Assembly (NCBI GenBank): GCA_951406725.2
Contig: OX597832.1
Location: forward strand, 67,890,001-67,954,000
From: Octopus vulgaris
Taxonomy: Eukaryota
Direction: 5' to 3'
DNA: 64,000 nt
Shown here: positions 53,671 to 64,000 of the stretch, piece after piece
Position numbering within the stretch: position 1 is the stretch's first letter
How the letters are laid out: each line of letters starts with the position of its first letter
Translations under genes and position numbers: made by a program
The notes under the pieces: generated by a model
The model's database searches: none
What the model was told of the DNA's origin: nothing
The model's input: the letters and a program-made list of their open reading frames with translations, nothing else

Positions 53671-54935
53671 TATCGAAATACATATATGCGTATGTGTCTC
53701 TGCGCGTGTCGGTGTATATATATATAATATATATATACATACATACACACACACGTGTTCTTCTGCTAAATGATAATATATGGTCAGAACTTTCCAGGTG
53801 TATATTATAATACTACAGCTAATTGAATACTTCTCGATAACCTGGCACAATTATGGTGTCCGTGTCTTTGTTGTACTGCATTTCCTTCAGCAGACTCTAA
53901 CGCTACATCATTCTTCAGCGTACGGAAGTCAAGTTCTTCTCTTTTTTTTCATCGCTTTCTTTAATTTCTTTCCTTTACTCTTTCTTTCTTTCGTTTTCGC
54001 TTTGCAATTTTCAATTCCCATTTTCCCAATTACTTATACTATAGAGCACTTCTAATTTCCAATTCGCTTCTCAAACCTTAATTGGCAAGTTTGGAAAGCT
54101 GTTTATCTAATGATAGGTTTCCGTTTAGATCTTAAGTAATAATTTGAAGTATGGGTGAGACTACGTATCGAAGGGTGTGTGATGGTTCTCACTGACCCAC
54201 TCGCATCACCACCAAAGCAGGTAGCAACATGTCAAATAGTTCTATAACAATAAATCTTTGAGTAGATCTATTTTTATGGCGAAAAAGGAAAAATCTATAA
54301 AGAGAAATTAAGACGATATTTATTCGTCTTCTTTCTCTGTTCAACTTGTGTGTGTGTGCGCGCGCGTGTATGTGTATATATACATATATATATGTGTGTG
54401 TGTGTGCGTATGTATATATATATATATATGCGTGTATGCATATATGTATGGATGTATGTATATATGTATGTACATACATAAGTATAACGAGAGAGTCGTA
54501 TATACGTGTTTGGGTTTGTGTATATGTGTGCCTGTTTACTATTTTGTTTTGGCCTTGGGAGCAAACAACTTGATGGTGATTAAAACATTTGTTATTTATT
54601 AGTGAACGGTTGAGCGAGCAAGAGAACTGTTTTGAAGGAGAAATCCTCTTTTAATTTGGCGACGTTAAGAGTGGCTTTTCCTTGATAGCTATAGCTTAAC
54701 GAAAACGTATAGAGCAACGTCTGACATTTCTTCTCTTCTAGCGTACGAGTACATATGTTAAAGAAATATATTACTTAACATTTCATTAAACATTAATGAG
54801 AGCAGACAAAGTGGTTTGGTTGTTCTTGAGTGAAATAAAGAAAACACTACGATGTCTGGGGAGGAAGTTGTGAAGGGCGCAGGAGGAGCCGTTAAGCTAC
54901 AATATCTATGTTTGTGTGTGTGTGAGTATACATGC

Positions 54936-54976
<41 letters not shown>

Positions 54977-56230
54977 GGTGTGTATACATCAGCATCATCA
55001 TTTAATTTGCGTTTTCTATGCTTACATGGGATGGATGATTTGACAGGAGTTGGTAAACCGTCTTTGGCATAGTTCCTATTGTTGGATGCTCTTCCGAATG
55101 TCAACCACTTTCCAGAGTGTACTGAGAGCTTTTAAACAGCGCAAACACCGGTGAGCACACAAACGAACATGCAAATGAACTGAGAGGGGGAATGGTATTC
55201 AGGGAAGTGGATTTCTGCAAGGTGTTGAGGTGGTTAAACTATGCCGAGGAGCAGAAACAGGTGTCTTACTGAAGAGGAGATACCTGACGTCTATATTCGG
55301 AAAGAGAGGTAGAGAGCGAGAAGGCAGGGTCAAAGAGACAAGCATAGTGAAGAGTTGTTGTTTGGTTCATTAGGGTGGGTGTGTGAATAATGTTACATGT
55401 CGCAGAAATATTCAGTGTTTCCAGAACAGAGATGTGCAGTGCTTCTCAAGAACCTCATATCACCACATATATCAATCTATTGTCATCTCCTAAGTGAGGC
55501 TCAACAAGTTGATGCCAACCCTTCATACTTCATCACGTCATTCTGGATCACCCTCCACCAAAGGTTCTTTCTAGTTTAAATAATTGGTGCTATATACAAC
55601 TGTTTTATCCATACTCATCACATGAAAAATTCTTGTAGTCTTCTCTTATACATGCTATGTTCAAATGCTTAAGTTTTTCTCTTAACACATTTGCAGTTTT
55701 TATACTGGCATGCAAATGTTCTACATCCAGCAGAGTATACTAAACTTCATCCTCTCCAGTGCACACATGTCCTAAGAATTCGGGTCACGTCACACTATCG
55801 TGATGTATCATGCACTCTGCCTTTAACTCTGCGAGAGACTTCTCTTCGTTGCCAACACAGGTAATAGCACTCTGAACCTTCTTCATCTTATTCTTATACT
55901 AGAAATTTAAAACTAAAAACATCTCCTCATTACAGCTAATTTGGACCGGGGATGGACGTTTTTCCAGAATAATCTTCACCTTCAGCTGTCCAAGGTCCTT
56001 GACGGATAGATATTCTGACAAGAAATTCATATGAGAGTAGCATTATCAAACTCACAGTTTCACCAAAAGCCAACCACAGGAATGACCGTTGTAAAAATGA
56101 TGATATTGGTGGTGGTCAAACATGGGCAGCGCCTTTGGGTAGGAACTCAGAATATACGAATACACACACACACACACACACAGACACAGACACACACACA
56201 CAGACACAGACACGTACACACACGCACACA

Positions 56231-56308
<78 letters not shown>

Positions 56309-56529
56309 ATCAATATAGGGTGGCAAAAAAATGTTGTAGAATTCTTTTGCCACCAGCGGCCTAGTAGGAAAAAATTAAATAGTCATAAACCATTTTTACG
56401 TTCAACATCACAATCAAGGAACGGCCATAATAGGCCATTCACCCACTAGAAATAACAGCCAAAAGCTTTAACCGCAAAATAACATTAATACCGTAAACCA
56501 GGAGAAAATTGAAAAACTTTTACCCTGTA

Positions 56530-56636
56530 ATTTCTTAGACGATGCACCGTTTCATCTACCGTTTAATGGTAAACTAACCTGATTAAATTAAATCAAGCCA
56601 ATCCACCATAGGCCCTTAGACTCATCAGTAAGAAAT
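56530..56636 (-). ncRNA. Type I hammerhead ribozyme, intact core
   Basis: Reverse complement: atttctta CTGATGA gtcta...tagat GAAA cggtgcatcg TC taagaaat. Confidence 0.9.
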
Positions 56637-57467
56637 AGCCAAATCGGGACAGATATTTTTCACGAGGCATTCCTCTTGCTACCTCGGCAATATCTGACCT
56701 AAAATTTTCAAATCGTCGCACTCGCGCCAAATTTATCGGCAGCAAATAAACCACCGATTCCGTTACGGAACTAACCAGAAAATTCATAATTAATCAATAT
56801 AGGGTGGCAAAAAAATTTTGTAGAATTCTTTTGCCACCAGCGGCCTAGTAGGAAAAAATTAAATAGTCATAAACCATTTTTACGTTCAACATCACAATCA
56901 AGGAACGGCCATAATAGGCCATTCACCCACTAGAAATAACAGCCAAAAGCTTTAACCGCAAAATAACATTAATACCGTAAACCAGGAGAAAATTGAAAAA
57001 CTTTTACCCTGTAATTTCTTAGACGATGCACCGTTTCATCTACCGTTTAATGGTAAACTAACCTGATTAAATTAAATCAAGCCAATCCACCATAGGGTAA
57101 AAGTTTTTCAATTTTCTCCTGGTTTACGGTATTAATGTTATTTTGCGGTTAAAGCTTTTGGCTGTTATTTCTAGTGGGTGAATGGCCTATTATGGCCGTT
57201 CCTTGATTGTGATGTTGAACGTAAAAATGGTTTATGACTATTTAATTTTTTCCTACTAGGCCGCTGGTGGCAAAAGAATTCTACAAATTTTTTTTGCCAC
57301 CCTATATTGATTAATTATGAATTTTCTGGTTAGTTCCGTAACGGAATCGGTGGTTTATTTGCTGCCGATAAATTTGGCGCGAGTGCGACGATTTGAAAAT
57401 TTTAGGTCAGATATTGCCGAGGTAGCAAGAGGAATGCCTCGTGAAAAATATCTGTCCCGATTTGGCT

Positions 57468-57574
57468 ATTTCTTACTGATGAGTCTAAGGGCCTATGGTG
57501 GATTGGCTTGATTTAATTTAATCAGGTTAGTTTACCATTAAACGGTAGATTAAACGGTGCATCGTCTAAGAAAT
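57468..57574 (+). ncRNA. Type I hammerhead ribozyme with core mutation (GAAA to TAAA at 57551)
   Basis: Same motif as the other units but reading tagatTAAAcggtgc. Confidence 0.85.
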
Positions 57575-57951
57575 TACAGGGTAAAAGTTTTTCAATTTTC
57601 TCCTGGTTTACGGTATTAATGTTATTTTGCGGTTAAAGCTTTTGGCTGTTATTTCTAGTGGGTGAATGGCCTATTATGGCCGTTCCTTGATTGTGATGTT
57701 GAACGTAAAAATGGTTTATGACTATTTAATTTTTTCCTACTAGGCCGCTGGTGGCAAAAGAATTCTACAAAATTTTTTTGCCACCCTATATTGATTAATT
57801 ATGAATTTTCTGGTTAGTTCCGTAACGGAATCGGTGGTTTATTTGCTGCCGATAAATTTGGCGCGAGTGCGACGATTTGAAAATTTTAGGTCAGATATTG
57901 CCGAGGTAGCAAGAGGAATGCCTCGTGAAAAATATCTGTCCCGATTTGGCT

Positions 57952-58058
57952 ATTTCTTACTGATGAGTCTAAGGGCCTATGGTGGATTGGCTTGATTTAA
58001 TTTAATCAGGTTAGTTTACCATTAAACGGTAGATGAAACGGTGCATCGTCTAAGAAAT
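57952..58058 (+). ncRNA. Type I hammerhead ribozyme, intact core; predicted cleavage after C58050
   Basis: Stem I atttctta/taagaaat, CTGATGA 57960-66, stem II gtcta/tagat with a long inserted hairpin, GAAA 58035-38, quasi-palindromic stem III acggtgcatcgt, GTC triplet. Confidence 0.92.
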
Positions 58059-58435
58059 TACAGGGTAAAAGTTTTTCAATTTTCTCCTGGTTTACGGTAT
58101 TAATGTTATTTTGCGGTTAAAGTTTTTGGCTGTTATTTCTAGTGGGTGAATGGCCTATTATGGCCGTTCCTTGATTGTGATGTTGAACGTAAAAATGGTT
58201 TATGACTATTTAATTTTTTCCTACTAGGCCGCTGGTGGCAAAAGAATTCTACAAAATTTTTTTGCCACCCTATATTGATTAATTATGAATTTTCTGGTTA
58301 GTTCCGTAACGGAATCGGTGGTTTATTTGCTGCCGATAAATTTGGCGCGAGTGCGACGATTTGAAAATTTTAGGTCAGATATTGCCGAGGTAGCAAGAGG
58401 AATGCCTCGTGAAAAATATCTGTCCCGATTTGGCT

Positions 58436-58542
58436 ATTTCTTACTGATGAGTCTAAGGGCCTATGGTGGATTGGCTTGATTTAATTTAATCAGGTTAGTT
58501 TACCATTAAACGGTAGATGAAACGGTGCATCGTCTAAGAAAT
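58436..58542 (+). ncRNA. Type I hammerhead ribozyme, intact core; predicted cleavage after C58534
   Basis: Identical to the 57952-58058 motif, 484 bp downstream. Confidence 0.92.
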
Positions 58543-59022
58543 TACAGGGTAAAAGTTTTTCAATTTTCTCCTGGTTTACGGTATTAATGTTATTTTGCGG
58601 TTAAAGCTTTTGGCTGTTATTTCTAGTGGGTGAATGGCCTATTATGGCCGTTCCTTGATTGTGATATATATATATATATATATAGGAAAGGTCAGCACTA
58701 CTTCCCCTTCAAGTATGTTATTGGTCTCCTGTATTTTCATTCTCTTGATTGTCTCCTCCACATTCATGTGTACTTCTTTCGCGATTCACTTTTGAAATAC
58801 CAAGTTGATGATTCAATGTTTTTTCCACACACGTGTGCGTACGCGCATATACACACATACGCCTGCATTGTGTGTATGTGTGTGTGTATGCGAAAAACTA
58901 TGCAGTCAGTTACTTTTCGCTTTGACATATATAGAATTTTGTTGGCGGTTTCCTGTATTTTTAGTCGATCAACGATTGATCAATAAAATTTAACTATGCG
59001 GATGTAGGTATGTAATGTGAGG

Positions 59023-59059
<37 letters not shown>

Positions 59060-59183
59060 TGTGTGTGTGTGAGAGAAAGAGAGAGAGAGAGTGCGAATGT
59101 TTGCATGTATACGTATAAATGTCTAAATCTATTATATTATGTGTATGCATGTACGCACCTATGCATATGAAGATGTTTGTGTG

Positions 59184-59246
<63 letters not shown>

Positions 59247-60017
59247 TACATACATACGTACATACATACGTATATATGTGTGTGTGAATATGTGTGCTTG
59301 TACCTGTTAAATCCAGCGAAGGAATGAGTTGTCATCGCAGGAATATACAGCTGATCATATTTCTATCTAGTAAAGACAGACTTGATGTTGATGAACAACG
59401 AAATAATTATTATGACTGTCTTGAAGCTACTCATTGTTTAGCAATAGCAAATTATCATCTATTTCTGAAATTTTTCCCTTCCTGAAAATTCTCCAGAAGA
59501 TATTATTTAGACTTAGTAGTCATCAGTTTGTAATTCATACATATATTCATTTATTTCACTCTGACTATATGATATTTTGATCACTACATGTCTATCTTTC
59601 AGACCTATTAAAATATTTGCTATGGAGAAAATATAATAAGCGACAGTTTATCTCTCTGAAGACAAGTAAATATTTCTAATATCATAGAAAGTATAATTCT
59701 TATTAATAATTCTTTCGCTGAACGATAGCTGTATAGCATTGTCGAACTCGCTTCTATCTTAGCATCAGTGTCAGGGGTGAAGTCCCACATCTATCAAATA
59801 TTTGACATTGACAAGAATTGTGAAAAGAAAAACAATAAATATGAAAGAGGCGTGAGTGGAGGGGGAGAAAAACAAGTAGATTCGAGTTGTTATTGAAATG
59901 GTTACCAAGTCTTTATGACTGTGTCGGTTTATCTCGGAAAGATCTTTATTAAATACTGTATGATGTAAAAATAATTGAACTGTACATAAATCAGTGTTTA
60001 TGGCAGTCCGCTATCTC

Positions 60018-60109
<92 letters not shown>

Positions 60110-63100
60110 GTAATCTATGAGATTTGTTCTTCAGTTTTAAGAAATAGGTATAAATGTAGAATGACTAACATAACCAAATTGTTTGTGTTGCTACAACAAA
60201 ACAATTACATTCGAGATTGAAACAACTACACGAAAAAAATTTTAAAAAGTAGTAGTAGTAGTAATAATGATAATATGAAACCAAATGATAAGCAACACGT
60301 AGTAAATACAAATATAGGAAGCCAAACCAATGTTAATTATGATACTCAATGTTGGAATAGAATAAAATTATTCGCAGTTTTTTCTGATTTATTTTGCAAG
60401 CCTTGCAATTTAATTACCCATCAAAGACTAAAACTGAATTTTTGGAATCTTCCAAAATTTTGAAAATAAAAAAAATAACAGAATTGATTTATAGTTATTT
60501 ACCTATCAATTCCTTAAAAGATTTAAAACAATAGACAGCACAAGTTTGCCGAACCATTATTGTAATTCTGATAACAGATAACAATTTTTACATTTTAATT
60601 TTAGGAAATAAGTTTATATTTCGTGTTTTTGCCTTTGTCGTATCTTATGCTCTTTTACAATTTTTATTGGCATTATTGGTTGGTGTATTGTCCAATCTGA
60701 AGGTAGAGACCTTTCATTAAAAGTATTCCAGTGAAACCAATTCACATTCTTTTATTTACAGATACGTTGACAAAAATAAGTATATCTTGTAGACTTGTAC
60801 AGATTAAATACGATTTTGTATTTATATAATTAAACAGGAAAAGAAAAGCATGCTCTAAAGTTTGCAAATTGTAACGTTTACACTTTCCTGAAAGGTGGAA
60901 TTAATGGAGAATAAATTGAATCGGTTCTACGTTTGAAACTTCTCAGAAAAACAGGATTTTAGTTGTGATGATTTGGACCTCGGTCAGTTGCGTTCGTGCA
61001 AGGCTTTAACCCAAATGTCGACAGTACCTGAAGCTTCATTATCTAATGTGTTCTAATATGTAAGATATCATGGTGTTATTAGCAGGATAGTTTGCTGCTA
61101 TTTCTAGTATGCATTGCGGTCATCTAAACATAGCTTTATTGTAGTCATTGCTATAATTGTGCCTATTCATCTCCTGACCAAACACAAGACATATGGGTTC
61201 AAGGATATACCACAGTACAAATGTTCAACATTCGATCATCGTTTAGACTTACCTTATTGTTTAACATAACTTGATTTTGTCGTTTAGTAACAATGGTGTA
61301 GCGATGATTTTGGAGGGAGAAAGTAAAATATCCTCAGAATGAAGACGTAGTCTGAATGACACTTTGCAAAGATCAGGTGTGAGCGGGAATAGGAGCAAAA
61401 AATTATGTCTGTACACTCAGGCGTAATTTGAACTACAAGGAATTACTATGCTTCGTTCTGATGACCCCAGTAATCTTCTGCGCTAAAGGCAACAAGCAAA
61501 ATAAATACCATAAATAATTCGTTCGACGCTCATACGACAGTGGCAATTCTCCAGTTAAAAACTTTCAATTATATAAAGATCCTTTTTCGTGCAAATGTGA
61601 ACTGCAAGCCACTCAACACATTACCTGAAGCGATTTCTGGGATTGGAGTGGAGATGTTATTGCTTATGTCTTGCCAGCCATACCCTCACATTTCGTTATA
61701 CATTGTTGGTCTCAATGCGCCTCTAGTCTTCCCTTGACTATATCCTTCACTTGTATTTGGGAAAAGATACGATCAAATTTGATGGAAAAGGAGAGGGAAA
61801 TATTTTGGAAAACGAGTGGCCTAATTCTTTACCTCGATCCGCCTGTTTATTTGGCATTAATACAAGATCGATTGGTAATGTTACCTATGAGTAGAGTAGC
61901 GAGCTGATAGAATCTTTGGCATGCCGTGCAAAATGCTTAGCGGCATTTCGTCTCTCTTTACGCTCTGGGTTCAAATTCCACCGAGGTCGATTTTACCAGT
62001 CATTCTTTCGAGATCGATAAAATAAGTACCAATTGGGTACTTGGTGGATGTAATCGACTTAATCCCTCCACCAAAACCGCTGGCCTTGTGCCAAAATGTG
62101 AAACCAATATTATCTATGAGTTACAGCCATGAAGTGCGTGAGAGAGTTATTTCACATCCGGTTTACACATCAATGAATCATTTGTATTTTATTTGGATTT
62201 ACTGATGTCTACAAAATGCAAGATACATTTCTCCAGTTAGATGGGTTATTTTCATTACGACGGAGTCGACACCATTGGAGTTTCTTACATAAATACCAAG
62301 AATACAAGGCAAGCCTAAGGTATAGTAGCGAATGCAAATCACACAGATTTTAATTTTAAAATATCTGTAATTACAATGTAATTACAATAAGAAGAGACAC
62401 TGCTTTTTACATGTATTCTATTTCAACTATTTATATTGTTTTCAATTTAAAAAAACAATTCTGGTCTGTTTTCAGGAGTTACTATTGTACTACAAAGTGT
62501 CAGTTTACAAACAAACTGTTTCTAATTAATACATGGGCTCCTGGCTCAGATGCATGAGAGTATGTTATGGAAGAGAGTAAATGCTTTGAGTCATAATAAA
62601 TATAATTGTATCGTTTGAAATTGAATCGAGTAGACTCAAGAAAGAAAGCTGCTAAAATTCAAGTCAACTATATAATTAATCTGTGTAAAGCAAGATTTTA
62701 ATCGAAACTGACTAATCCTAGAGGAGATATTTAAATTAAAGGAGACAACGTTCTTGATGAGATCAGGACCAAATCCATGGCAAGCTGCTATTAGGTAAAC
62801 ATGCAGTAGAGTTTCCCCGGGATTATGTGGGGTCATCCGGAGGGATAAAACTAAAACTCGTAGGCGAATTATCTTCCTGAAAGTCAACGGCACTTGTATC
62901 CAAAGGAACGGATTTGGTGCACACCCCGTAAAAACTTATTACATTCGTCTTCAGACATCCAGTTTTAGGCCTTCACTTTGAAACAGCCAAGCGTTAATCG
63001 TAAGAAGATTTATTGATCAGCAACTAACGCGGTCATTATTAATCCACCTCTTCCGATTCGGTAATAAAACAAAACAAAACAAAAGCAAGCAAAAAATCAC

Positions 63101-63816
63101 AGAAAACAAAACTAGAAATCCGAATATGATTGCCTATATTCCGCCCACCAATACTCTCGTAAATACGCAAATAGTGCACAGTGTCAATAGATAGAACTTT
63201 GAGCTTTCGGGCGCAAAGGTCCCGAAAACGAAGCACTCGAATCAGCTGGAAACTATTTCTAAACTTACTTTATTTTTTATGCATGACATCATTTATTCTT
63301 AACCAAATTCGATCTTAGTGTTGAATTGTTTAAACTACAACATGCTTGCATATATTTAAGCCAGGTATTCAAACTGTAATTAAGTTTAAGGAATTATATA
63401 ATGTACACAAAATGATAATTCGATCAATTTTGTGTGAAAGGATGAAAACGCATAAACTATTGCAATCGATTCTGAATGTTATTAGCAGTGTAGCTAAAAG
63501 TGAAAATTAAATTTTTAAATTGTCCACTAGACAACATGGCTACTGGAAGATTTTGTGCAACCTACCATAGAACCATCCAGTTAATAGTGCGTATGTGCGA
63601 GAAAGTATACGCGTATGGAGTAATGTGTGTATGTTCAGAGCACTGGAAAGAGAATTATACAAACGTTGACAACCACGCAAAACTAAATGTATGTTGATGG
63701 GTGTGCATGTGCAAGTATTCATGTATACGCATACATACACACACATAAGTAACTATATTTGTGTGAATGTGTGTCTCTTTGTTTGTGTATGTGCATGTAT
63801 GTATGCATGTTAATAT

Positions 63817-63862
<46 letters not shown>

Positions 63863-64000
63863 ATACGTGCATATCAGTAATTTAAAGTCAATGACTGAAA
63901 CCTCAAGAAGTGTACATTACAAATATATCATATGAATACATTTAAAAGATATACTTTTATTTACAGACATCGAGTTTCCGTTATTAAACTATGTATCTTG

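Larger units (their letters stand above)
56307..58665. mobile_element. Retrozyme-like array of 484-bp units: about 1.6 units on the minus strand (56307-57096) fused to about 3.2 units on the plus strand (57094-58665)
   Basis: Period 484 (identical ORF starts at 57317, 57801 and 58285; mirror copy 56593-56787). Each full unit has a hammerhead. (TA)n flanks both ends. Confidence 0.92.

Noticed and set aside
55000-56050. Possible RTE-like LINE relic on the minus strand
   Set aside because: Too degenerate to translate any diagnostic motif with confidence.
57317-58479. Repeated 64-aa ORF MNFLVSSVTES... as a protein-coding gene
   Set aside because: Its identity simply reflects the DNA repeat. It has no recognisable domain and overlaps the ribozyme, so it is not called as a CDS.
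56307-58665. CRISPR array or plain satellite interpretation
   Set aside because: There are no unique spacers and the context is eukaryotic. The embedded hammerhead explains the unit better than a simple satellite.
62560-63300. CpG-richer non-repetitive region as a host promoter or exon
   Set aside because: No supportable ORF or splice-site pair, so transcript data would be needed.

Overview
AT-rich eukaryotic (metazoan) DNA, dense in microsatellites and transposon relics. The SINE families and the (TA)n/(CA)n/(TATC)n load resemble a cephalopod (Octopus-like) genome, which is an inference. I cannot support any conventional host gene. Two structures stand out. (1) 56307-58665 is a 484-bp tandem repeat in which each complete unit carries a type I hammerhead ribozyme (retrozyme-like). 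It forms a divergent fold-back inserted in (TA)n and is predicted to release an exact 484-nt monomer or circRNA. (2) 2135-10742 holds five head-to-tail ~1.7-kb units, plus a sixth diverged fragment. Each unit has a 5' leader, an intronless LINE-ORF1/Gag-like CCHC zinc-knuckle ORF (472-aa consensus for copies 2-4) and an AATAAA, with no RT. The array lies between apparent Helitron termini (1602-11228). The rest contains Penelope-like relics (GIY-YIG and RT fragments, inverted terminal repeats, several further hammerhead motifs), R4/Dong-type RLE LINE fragments, a CR1-type RT, Tc1/mariner relics, tRNA-derived SINEs, two near-perfect palindromes and a 1438-bp duplication that may be an assembly artefact. 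Most ORFs in the supplied track are translations of simple repeats.
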